DNA of 32,000 nt, taken from assembly GCF_017876815.1 (NCBI RefSeq), contig NZ_JAGIOS010000002.1, forward strand, positions 1,320,001 to 1,352,000. The letters run 5' to 3'. Within the stretch, counting starts at the first letter, position 1; every line of letters begins with the position of its first letter. The stretch is from Sinorhizobium meliloti (GTDB taxonomy: Bacteria; Pseudomonadota; Alphaproteobacteria; Rhizobiales; Rhizobiaceae). This document shows positions 1 to 7,294 of this stretch, one piece after another. Under the pieces are notes generated by a model, which ran no database searches, was not told the origin of the DNA, and saw nothing but the letters and a program-made list of their open reading frames with translations. The position numbers and the translations under genes are program-made.

Positions 1-479
1 GCCTTGCCGCGCAACTCAGGTGCGGCCAAAAGCAAACGGGCCATTCCTGCCTTCTGCGCATCCATGGCGGTGTTCACTTTCGTTGAAGAGCCAATTCGTC
101 TCAACGGGTGCTGCTAGGAAAAAGTTCCGCCTCTCCGGCTGCTGTTGTGTTGCGTGCACGGGCTAGGACGGCGCCTCACACATCCACCCTTCCATAATCC
201 CAACCCGGCCAATCAGCGCCATAACCGCTCAGCCAGGTCCGCGCTGCCGCAAAGTGCAGGATGAACGAGAGAACGTGCGTCACAGCTTGTGGCGCTAGAC
301 AAGTACGGCGACCGATCCGGAGGAACGGAGATTAGACCGGGCAGAAAAGCGTTGGCCTGAAGACCGCCACCCGTGCTCTAAGCGCCCACGCTCTGAGACC
401 AAGCCTGAAAACAACCTCCGCGACATAGCCATCCTCATGCCTTCGTTTCCCTTTACAAGGGGAGGGTAGCGGCGTGATC

Positions 480-731
480 TCAACGCAGGGTTTTAATCTT
501 CGCCTCTTCGACCGCCGCGAGGAAAGCGTCTCGTGCAGGCGCCGCCGAGGCGGCGCCGAGCATCGCATCCGTGCAGGCGTTCAGCGCCGCGGAATAGCTT
601 CGGCCGTTCGTATCCGGCCAGTTTTCGCTAAGCAATTGAGCCGCATAAGCGGGCGACCACACGATTTGAATGCCTTCGAGATTGGGCAGATCGATGATTA
701 CGCATTCGTCCCAGTTCTCAGCCATGTTCAT
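480..731 (-). CDS. DUF982 domain-containing protein (copy 1)
   Basis: 83-aa ORF. WDECVIIDLPNLEGIQIVWSPAYAAQLLSENWP...ALNACTDAMLG...ARDAFLAAVEEAKI fits the small DUF982 pattern common in rhizobia. It is paralogous to the ORFs at 4980-5268 and 5335-5637. Confidence 0.7.
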   Translation of the reverse strand: MNMAENWDECVIIDLPNLEGIQIVWSPAYAAQLLSENWPDTNGRSYSAALNACTDAMLGAASAAPARDAFLAAVEEAKIKTLR

Positions 732-816
732 TTTTACCTGCTGTTTCTCACGGTCTAACCGACTTCCCTCTCAATCGTTCCAGAGTAACTACCGTGGCTT
801 GCAAGGGGAGGGCAGC

Positions 817-1295
817 ATGATCTCGCTCCACCTCCCATATCTGCCGTCCGGCTGGGACCTCCTACAACGACTGGGGCAAGACCGCCGCCCGTCCCCATCC
901 TGTAAGAAGTGGCGGAACGACGCCGGCTACTCATCAAGGCCTGAAGCAGGCGATTGCCAGCCGTCGCTCTGCTTTCGGCGCCAAAACATGCGGCAGCATT
1001 TGACAAACGCTCAAAAAGGATTCTCGACTGCCTTCAGCACTACGGCTTCATCAAGAACGACAATCTCTGCGGACGCCTGATCCTGGGACGGCGGTCTGCG
1101 GGCCGAGTGCGAGGGCATCATCCAAGTACGCGAAAAAGGGATTGCGGCGTGAGCGTGATTGCCGCCGCCCTGAAGCTCATGCGTGCCGATGGCATGGACT
1201 CCGACGCGATCGTTGCCGCTGTCGCGGAGATGGAGCGTGAGATGACGTCGGGCGTCGACCGTGCTGCCGAGAAGCGGCGCGAGTGGGATCGCTAA
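817..1295 (+). pseudogene. RusA-like Holliday junction resolvase, frameshifted prophage remnant, fused to a downstream ORF
   Basis: SD GGGGAGGG precedes ATG 817. MISLHLPYLPS resembles the RusA N-terminus (ITLPWPPSNN). The reading then leaves frame. Frame 954-1295 carries FDKRSKRILDCLQHYGFIKNDNL...GVSVI, which resembles the RusA D.DN..K...D.L...G...DD core. Confidence 0.45.
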
Positions 1296-1649
1296 GGGAT
1301 GCGGAAACGGCGGAATTTGTCCGGTGGAAACAGGTGGAATCGGGTGGCCGCTGAGCCCTTTCCTCCCCGGAGATCGCCGCGACGCTCACCAACCGCCCGC
1401 CAGAGATCGATCGGTCTCCTGAGGTTATGGCCCGCGTCCGCGCACGGCTGTTCTAGTTCCGGCAGGAAAATGCAGCGTCGAAGGCAGCGACCGGAGCCGT
1501 GATAGCTCCTGAGCCCATTGGTCCAATCCGGCCGCCGAGCTCGCACGGATGCTGGCATTGGCGGACGCACGCCTGGTCAGCGCCGCGCAGACGGCCTACC
1601 GACGAAATATCGAGATGGACATCGAGCCGGTCGAAGAGGAGCGAGCGGC

Positions 1650-2092
1650 ATAACTATCCAGCACCGCACCGCCGACATCGAGGCTGCTTCTAAGCTCGCA
1701 AGGACGATCTGTCGGCTTCACAGATTGCAAGGCGCTTCGGTGTGTCTCCCAACGTCATCGCTGGGATCGCATTTCGAAATCGCGCGTTGTTCTCATCGAA
1801 GCCGCGAGCTCGCAATTGCCGACCGCACGAGAGCAAGAGAGCTCCGCGGAAGGACAAGACTGCAATGCGCGACCGCAAGCCCGATACCATAATCATCCCT
1901 CCCCACAAATATGACCTGGAGCGACTGCCGTTCGCCAAACGCCTCTTAGAATTGAGGCCCGGCGAGTGCATTTGGCCCATCAACGACGGCAGCCCTTTCC
2001 TGTTCTGTGCAGTCAAGACTGCCGGGAAATACTGCCAGCACCATCAATCCAGAGCGGTTGCAGTCCATCGCATTGCGAAGAGGGAAAAATGA
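1650..2092 (+). pseudogene. GcrA-like cell-cycle regulator, 5' end disrupted; the remaining ORF is 1742-2092
   Basis: The C-terminus LLELRPGECIWPINDGSPFLFCAVKTAGKYCQHHQSRAV matches the GcrA C.WPIGDP...F.FCG....YC..H motif. The HTH part DDLSASQIARRFGVSPNVIAG lies in frame upstream of the listed start but is cut by TAA 1691-1693. The preceding helix (RTADIEAASKLA) sits in another frame. A GAGGAG SD is followed 8 nt later by ATA (1650) rather than ATG. Confidence 0.6.
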
Positions 2093-2657
2093 AGAGATCA
2101 CGTTGGTACGCAATCCATGTTGCCCCGGGCTATCGGCGCATGGCGGCCGTCGACGAGCGCCTGCCGGAAAGTCGGCCCACGGAATCGATCATCGAGCGGA
2201 ACTGCCGCAAGGACGGCTTCGACATCTTCATGCCGTCCTTCTACACCGAGTTGAGGCATCACCTGACGAAACAGATCCTACAGAAACGGTTCCCGGTCGG
2301 CTATGCTTCGTCAACCTGCCGAGGCTGAATTTCGAGGAGCTCCGCCGGGTCGACGGCGTCGTGTGCTTCCTGCGCGGTGCCAACTACGGGCCGCTCGAGT
2401 TCCCCGACGGTACCATCGAGGCCCTGTACTTCGCCGAGCACGAACGCCGGCAGGCCTTCCTCTACGAGCAGCACTGCCGGAAGGAGAACGAGCGCCCCGG
2501 GCAAATCCAGCACCTGCGCGGCCAGCTCCGCAAGATCCTGCCTAAGGGGAGGAAGGCGCGCGTCTCCATGGTCAATCAGACCGCGAGCGCTATAGATTCT
2601 CTAAGCCCGCAGATCAAAGAGCGCGTGCAGAAAATTATAAGCGAATTGAGGGAGTAA
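2089..2657 (+). pseudogene. NusG/RfaH-like (NGN domain) transcription antiterminator, single frameshift near 2295
   Basis: ATG 2089 overlaps the GcrA-like stop (ATGA). MKRSRWYAIHVAPGY...KRFPVGYA sits in one frame and CFVNLPRLNFEELRRVDGVVCFLRGANYGPLEFPDGTIEAL in another. Together they rebuild the NGN signature WY......G.E...FPGY.FV......V.GV..F, so a 1-nt loss is implied. Confidence 0.7.
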
Positions 2658-2726
2658 CCGCCGACGCAGAGGTTAAAAATTTGCGCAAAGGCGTATAGGG
2701 TTCCTCAAGCAATTTGTTGTGTCTGT

Positions 2727-3110
2727 TCAGTTGCGGACCTCTGTTGAGGGACGATTCGCCGGGCAACCGCCGAGATAGACGGTAGAAGAAATGCGCCCGA
2801 AATCCAGGCAGCGCATACTCCGAATGGACAACTTGTTCAGAAAACCCCCGCCCCCTATAAAGTTTGCACAAGCGCATTTGTCGGCGGGGGGATACGTTGG
2901 CAATCGCGCATTGCTTTCGACTTGTGACCACGGATGTACTGGCACGAGTTTTGAGAGCGAAAAGACAGAAGGCCGGGGCCAACGTGCCTCGGCCTTTTTG
3001 TTGCCTTCGCCCGGTAGTGCTGTTGGAAAATGCAGAAAGACCCCGACTGGGCAAGCGCGACCACCCGATGACCGCCGTCTATGCGGTAGGGGGATCGCCT
3101 TTCCTTTCAC
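2727..3110 (+). repeat. Repeat module A: ops-like motif, promoter, RNA, terminator, ops-like motif
   Basis: It aligns by eye block-for-block with 5985-6310. Shared blocks are CCGCCGAG.TA..CGGTAG.AGAAATGC.CCC, CTTGTT-N17-CTATA(A/T), TTTCGACTT(T)TGACCACGGATGTACTGGCAC, a GC hairpin plus T-run, and GTCTATGCGGTAGGG. Confidence 0.8.
2866..3000 (+). ncRNA. Candidate ~135-nt terminated transcript A (sRNA or late-leader RNA)
   Basis: The promoter has -35 CTTGTT (2832-2837), a 17-nt spacer and -10 CTATAA (2855-2860), which fits the alphaproteobacterial CTTGAC-N17-CTATAT consensus. The intrinsic terminator is GGCCGGGG/CCTCGGCC (2971-2994) followed by TTTTT. There is no credible ORF with an SD inside. 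Confidence 0.55.
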
Positions 3111-3193
3111 GAGCCCGCCTCGCTTTAGGCAGATGCCACTGAATGACCGACGTTGTGTGCCGACGGCCGGCTCATCCGGGGCTCACCGGGCAG

Positions 3194-3412
3194 TTATTGC
3201 TCAGTATGCACCGTGAACTTCGGAGCGTCTTCGCCGGCCCCTTCTGCAAGGAACTCGAGCAGCACCGAAATTAAGAACTCCGCGGCCTCTTTGTTCACCA
3301 AAAGGTCGATGGTGCCCAAGTCGGTCTCGAGATTGAGGCGCCCAATCAATGGCTCTGACGAAATTGTCTGGAATTCACTGTCTAACAAGCGGTTTTCTTC
3401 CAGCTCTGACAT
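3194..3412 (-). CDS. Hypothetical small acidic protein (72 aa)
   Basis: The ORF has a strong SD (AGGAGG about 5 nt before the ATG) and a clean acidic sequence, MSELEENRLLDSEFQ...LLEFLAEGAGEDAPKF. I recognise no family. Confidence 0.55.
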   Translation of the reverse strand: MSELEENRLLDSEFQTISSEPLIGRLNLETDLGTIDLLVNKEAAEFLISVLLEFLAEGAGEDAPKFTVHTEQ

Positions 3413-4152
3413 TTTCCCCTCCTACTTAGAACGACACGATGCGCAGGAGTTCTGTGGATTGGCAACCAATCTAGTTTTCCGATGACCGCAAGGACCCAAG
3501 CATCTGTTCAGGCCGGGGCCGCAGACCGAGGCAACCGAGGACCAACCTATCCCGCTGAAAGCTCCCCGGCAACGACCGCAGATCGGCTCAACCAGTTTCG
3601 AGGCAATGCCTCAACAAGATCGGGAAGGCGGACAGTAGTTCGTGCAGATCGGGGTTCGTGCCTGGTCGTCCCTTCCCGAGCAGAATCGGGAAGAGGTGAC
3701 ATCTATCCGCCTACTGCGCAGCTTCCCGAGCCGTAACAAGGCCTGCGCCGCCTCTCGTAGAAGCGCACCGTTGCGGGCTATGGGCGGATGCCAGAGGGGC
3801 ATTGCCTGAAGGCCTGGATAGCAACCGGCTCAACACGGATTGGGCCCTGATACCACGTGCCCTTCTGCCTCATCTCGGCGGAAGTTTGGCATGGACGACG
3901 GCCCGGAGCCTGAGGAGAAGTCATCATGTCAGTCGTCAAACTGAAGCATGCAGTGAAGCAGCTGCGGACGAAGGCAGGTGCGGCATGACCGATCCCGCCG
4001 AAATGATCGCATGGCTCGATCGGCCGCCGTTCAAAAAAGCCTCGTCCTGAAATGGAGATCGAGACCAAGGAAAACGACATCGCCCGATTCGAAGAGATCC
4101 GCGGCGCGCATCTGAAGGCGCTCGATCCCAGAGATCAGGCCGGGAGCGCGCC

Positions 4153-4413
4153 ATGACCTCAGTTCCTCATTCTCTGCGGGATCTCTTCGCCGGGCAACGG
4201 ACTGATGTCGGGTGCCTCGTCCGGGCCTACGTTCGGCTCTGGCTCTTCGATCGGTGGCTCGGGCAGATCTGGCGGCACATCCGGCGGCATATCTGGCGGG
4301 AATTCAGGGTCATTGGGCTTCGGGATCGGCGTCGTAGGCATTCAGACCTCCTCTTTGATGGCGCAACCGATGCTGGGCTGTGTTTGTTCCACGGGCCGGG
4401 AGGTGTGGCGTGA
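4153..4413 (+). CDS. Hypothetical ORF in a chain of overlap-coupled small ORFs; alternative to the antisense ORF 4159-4341
   Basis: Its ATG overlaps the upstream stop (ATGA), and its TGA overlaps the GTG start of the MT-A70 gene (GTGA). However, the W/R-rich sequence looks like an antisense reading of a proline-rich gene. Confidence 0.25.
   Translation: MTSVPHSLRDLFAGQRTDVGCLVRAYVRLWLFDRWLGQIWRHIRRHIWREFRVIGLRDRRRRHSDLLFDGATDAGLCLFHGPGGVA
4159..4341 (-). CDS. Small proline/glutamate-rich protein (60 aa)
   Basis: SD GGAGG lies 6 nt before the ATG. PEFPPDMPPDVPPDLPEPPIEEPEP is low-complexity sequence typical of small P/E-rich alphaproteobacterial proteins. The ORF contains a 3 x 12-bp tandem repeat. 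Confidence 0.45.
   Translation of the reverse strand: MPTTPIPKPNDPEFPPDMPPDVPPDLPEPPIEEPEPNVGPDEAPDISPLPGEEIPQRMRN
4267..4302. repeat. 3 x 12-bp tandem repeat (ATCTGGCGGCAC / ATCCGGCGGCAT / ATCTGGCGGGAA)
   Basis: Read directly from the sequence. On the minus strand it encodes PPDM-PPDV-PPDL. Confidence 0.85.
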
Positions 4414-4977
4414 CCGATTGGTTCCTTGACCCGCTTCCCTCCACTACGAGATGATCGTCATCGAAATTCCGTGGCCGTTCGACCTTTACAGCGATGCGGG
4501 CGCTAAGAAGTCGGCATCGACACACTACGACGTCATGAGCGCCGAGCAGATCCGTGCGCTTCCCGTTGGTCAACTCGCCAGCATGCATTGCCCTGATCTA
4601 TTCGGGGGCGACGGCTCCGCATCTCCCTTTCGCGGTTGAATGCCTGAAGGCGTGGGGCTTCGAGTACAAGAGCTTCATGGCTTGGCGGAAGACGACTGCC
4701 GCCGGCAAGGTCCGCATGGGCACCGGTTACCGTGTCCGCCCCGGCGAGATTGTGCTCGTTGGCACCCTCGGCAATCCGAAGCAGTCCCATGTTCCGCCGA
4801 CCATCTTCGATGGCATCGCTCGCGAGCACAGCCGCAAGTCCAGACGAGTTCTATGCCCTTTGTGACCGTGTGATGCCGCACGCGCGGCGCGCCGACGTGT
4901 TCGCTCGAGAACAGCGCCAGGGTTGGCACGCCTTCGGCAATGAGGTCACCAAGTTCAAACCGGAGGTGGCGGCATGA
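4410..4977 (+). pseudogene. MT-A70 family N6-adenine DNA methyltransferase, at least three frameshifts
   Basis: SD GGGAGG lies 6 nt before GTG 4410. The fragments fall in frames 0/2/0/1: DWFLDPLP; YEMIVIEIPWPF..KKSASTHYDVMSAEQIRALPVGQLAS; ATAPHLPFAVECLKAWGFEYKS..GTGYRVRPGEIVLVGTLGNP..REHSRK; PDEFYALCDRVMP..RADVFAREQRQGWHAFGNEV. The catalytic DPPW motif reads EIPW. Confidence 0.75.
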
Positions 4978-4979
4978 TT

Positions 4980-5268
4980 TCAAGCGAGCAAATCAATCTT
5001 CGCCTCGCTGATCGCTGCCATGAAGGCGATCCTCGCACGTTCCCCCGTATATGCCCACCACGGCGTCCGCGCACGCGTTGACGGCCGTGCCGTAAGCACG
5101 TCTATGATCCACGGGCCAACTGTCGATGAGCAAGCGTACAGCGTAAGCGGGGTGCCACACGATCTGTACGCCGTCCAGATCAGGCAGATCAAGGATGACG
5201 CACTCGCCCCAAACGGTACCCATTACAAAATTCCTTCGGGTGAGGGCGTCGGCATGATCAAGCTCCAC
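4980..5268 (-). pseudogene. DUF982 domain protein (copy 2), frameshifted near 5050-5060
   Basis: WGECVILDLPDLDGVQIVWHPAYAVRLLIDSWP...AVNACADAVVG sits in one frame. The expected tail ARIAFMAAISEAKIDLLA sits in the other frame (ORF 4980-5192). Confidence 0.65.
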
Positions 5269-5334
5269 CTCCCATACCCGCCGGGCCGGGAACAGAGAGG
5301 CCGCGATCGCAGCCTCTCCCCCTCAAGTGGTGCC

Positions 5335-5637
5335 TCAGGCAGAAACGCGTCCGCTGCCGGAACTTGGGCTGATCATCCACGGGAGAACTGCGGGTGCTTT
5401 GACCAGGATCCCCTTCTTCTTTCCGAAGGCCCGGATCGCATCCCGCGCAACCTGAATGGGCTTATGGCCGTCATGCGCCATGTACAAAGTCTTCAGGGTG
5501 GCGCCGTGCACTACGTCGCGGTCGCGCTCCGGCCACCCCTCAAGAAAATCGATGGCATCGTACAGGTCCGTAATCTCTCTGATCAGGTCCTTCTTCTCCT
5601 TTAGGTAAACCGGTCGAGCAAACATCTTCGAGTTCAT
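5335..5637 (-). CDS. DUF982 domain-containing protein (copy 3)
   Basis: FARPVYLKEKKDLIREITDLYDAIDFLEGWPERDRDVVHGATLKTLYMAHDGHKPIQVARDAIRAFGKKKGILV is a classical DUF982 layout. A GAGG SD lies about 5 nt before ATG 5637. Confidence 0.75.
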   Translation of the reverse strand: MNSKMFARPVYLKEKKDLIREITDLYDAIDFLEGWPERDRDVVHGATLKTLYMAHDGHKPIQVARDAIRAFGKKKGILVKAPAVLPWMISPSSGSGRVSA

Positions 5638-5770
5638 TTCAGCCTCACTGAATACGACGGTGTTCAACAAGGAAAGCGCTGCGGCCCAGCGCCCGGTGTT
5701 GATTTGTTGTCTCTTTTCAGCGGTTTCAAGAGGTCGGTGTGTCTTCGTCGCTACTCGCCGGAGGTGCGTA

Positions 5771-5955
5771 ATGACCCTCCTGGAAGCCTACGCCAAGTTC
5801 GGGCCCGACACGGTGGCGATCGCCGAGGCCTTGGACATTAGGAACACGAGGCCGACTCCCTCATCAACATCAAGATGAATCGCGATCGGTTTAGGCCCGA
5901 CGGTATGCCAGGTGGCGGCTTTGAACACTCCCCGGCGAGCGATACGAGATTGTGA
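5771..5955 (+). pseudogene. Small prophage-type ORF, probably frameshifted near 5835
   Basis: A GGAGG SD precedes ATG 5771. MTLLEAYAKFGPDTVAIAEALDI then switches frame to EHEADSLINIKMNRDRF... Confidence 0.3.
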
Positions 5956-5984
5956 ACAGCTTGCGACTTGTGCGCCTCGCGTAG

Positions 5985-6310
5985 CGCCATCGTGCCTGTT
6001 CACCGAGAGCCCGCCGGCTCACCGCCGAGTTACGCGGTAGGAGAAATGCACCCAATTCATTGCGACTGGCGTGCGCCCTTGTTTCGAACACATTGGTCCC
6101 CTATATACCACGCATCGGCATTGCTTATGAGCGCTGATAACTCGCCGCTCGCAATTGCTGCATCGTTTTCGACTTTTGACCACGGATGTACTGGCACTGG
6201 TTTGGTAAGCGATGATGAGGAAGGTCGGTGCGGTTTCGCCCCGGCCTTTTTTGTTGTCTGGTGATAAGCACCTGTCCTGCGTCTATGCGGTAGGGTGGCC
6301 CCCTTTCATG
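5985..6310 (+). repeat. Repeat module B (paralogue of 2727-3110)
   Basis: It has the same ordered blocks as module A, with different spacer lengths. See module A. Confidence 0.8.
6112..6253 (+). ncRNA. Candidate ~140-nt terminated transcript B (paralogue of A)
   Basis: The promoter has -35 CTTGTT (6078-6083), a 17-nt spacer and -10 CTATAT (6101-6106). The terminator stem spans 6223-6246 (GGTCGGTGC/GCCCCGGCC) followed by TTTTTT. It shares the core TTTCGACTTTTGACCACGGATGTACTGGCAC (6166-6197) with A. Confidence 0.55.
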
Positions 6311-6337
6311 TCCGCAGGCGGGGCAACGGGTAAGCCG

Positions 6338-6384
6338 CCTGGCTCATAACCACGAAGACCGGTTCGATTTCCCGGGCCCGCAGC
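6338..6384 (+). other. Degenerate tRNA 3'-half-like fragment (CAT anticodon loop, T-arm, acceptor 3' strand); possible att remnant
   Basis: CCTGG-CTCATAA-CCACG followed by GGTTCGATTTCCCGG GCCCGCAGC resembles an anticodon arm plus a TPsiC arm. There is no D-arm or matching 5' acceptor strand, and both stems have mismatches. Confidence 0.3.
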
Positions 6385-6531
6385 GAATCGAAGGCCGCGG
6401 CGCAAATTCAGACTGATGCTATTGATTGACCAGCTCTGGCTGATTGGGTGATTGTGGAGCGGCGGGAAGCATTGTCCGCAACCAGACCATGTGCCAACCT
6501 GTCCTCTGAACGTTTCAGAGGAGGTGGTGTA

Positions 6532-7263
6532 ATGTTGCGTAGAATTTTACCTTTGGCTGCAATAGCTGCGCTCGGCTTGTTCGATCCTGAGGCCGCAAAT
6601 GCAGAGCAGGTAGCACTCACTTCGACTGTGAGCGTTAAGAATGAGCTCAAGTATCTTTTGTACACGCCGGATGGATACGCGACGTCAACGGAGACTTATC
6701 CTCTCGTTATATGGCTACATGGAGGAGATCAGGGCGGAAGTGATATCGACAAAGTCAAATCGAGCGGCATTCCAAAACTGATCGAAGACGGGAAGAAATT
6801 TCCATTTCTCGTCTTTTCTCCCCAAAACCCGAGCGAAGAACTGCTGTATCCGATTGAGAAAGTGGACGCTGCACTTGAGGAAGTAGCTTCAACATATCGG
6901 GTTGACCGTTCACGGATCTATGTGATCGGATTTAGCCGGGGCGGCTTCGGTGCTTGGGCCTTGGCCGAACAGTTTCCAGATAAGTTCGCCGCTATCGTCC
7001 CAATCGCCGGCGGTGGCAATCGGCACTATCTCAATAGAACGAACGAGAAAGCTGCATTCTGGGTCTTTCATGGCTCAAACGATGGTGTAATTCCGTTATC
7101 GGATTCCGTTGTGCTTTATGAACGCCTTAAAGCTCTGGATCGCAATGCTCGACTGACCGTATTGGAAGGTGTCGATCATTCCGGCGTCGAGTGGGCGACC
7201 TTGAATGATGCTGAACTCTGGGATTGGCTGCTGAAGCAGCGTCTTGAGGGCGCGCCTCAATAG
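6532..7263 (+). CDS. Secreted alpha/beta-hydrolase (carboxylesterase / PHB-depolymerase-like esterase)
   Basis: A GGAGG SD precedes ATG 6532. The signal peptide is MLRRILPLAAIAALGLFDPEAANA. The body carries YLLYTPDGY..YPLVIWLHGG, the nucleophile elbow GFSRGG and a late GVDH histidine. The gene looks AT-richer than its flanks by eye. Confidence 0.85.
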   Translation: MLRRILPLAAIAALGLFDPEAANAEQVALTSTVSVKNELKYLLYTPDGYATSTETYPLVIWLHGGDQGGSDIDKVKSSGIPKLIEDGKKFPFLVFSPQNPSEELLYPIEKVDAALEEVASTYRVDRSRIYVIGFSRGGFGAWALAEQFPDKFAAIVPIAGGGNRHYLNRTNEKAAFWVFHGSNDGVIPLSDSVVLYERLKALDRNARLTVLEGVDHSGVEWATLNDAELWDWLLKQRLEGAPQ

Positions 7264-7294
7264 CATGATGATCGCGCTTACCGATGCGGAGGGA

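Noticed and set aside
1-66. A possible gene start on the minus strand at about 66 (MDAQKAGMARLLLAAPELRGK...) running off the left edge
   Set aside because: Only 22 codons are visible, the SD is weak, and there is no recognisable motif. It cannot be supported from the window.
474-758. 94-aa plus-strand ORF starting at GTG after a GGGGAGGG SD
   Set aside because: It is an antisense reading of the well-supported DUF982 gene. The SD-like sequence is explained as a duplicated copy of the rusA-like SD/start.
2635-3216. ORFs 2635-3054(-), 2727-3110(-), 2791-3216(+), 2855-3064(-) and 2864-3142(+) overlapping repeat module A. The same applies to 5968-6264(+) over module B.
   Set aside because: They overlap each other in several frames, have no SD and an implausible composition, and span a promoter and a terminator. 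The conservation between modules A and B is at the nucleotide-block level, not in any reading frame.
6311-6386. A possible complete tRNA-Met gene (about 72 nt ending in GCCCGCAGC, with a CTCATAA anticodon loop)
   Set aside because: There is no D-arm, and the 5' strand (GCAGGCGGGG) does not pair with the 3' acceptor strand. The T-stem and anticodon stem both have mismatches, and the T-loop has an extra base. I kept only a low-confidence tRNA-like 3' fragment.
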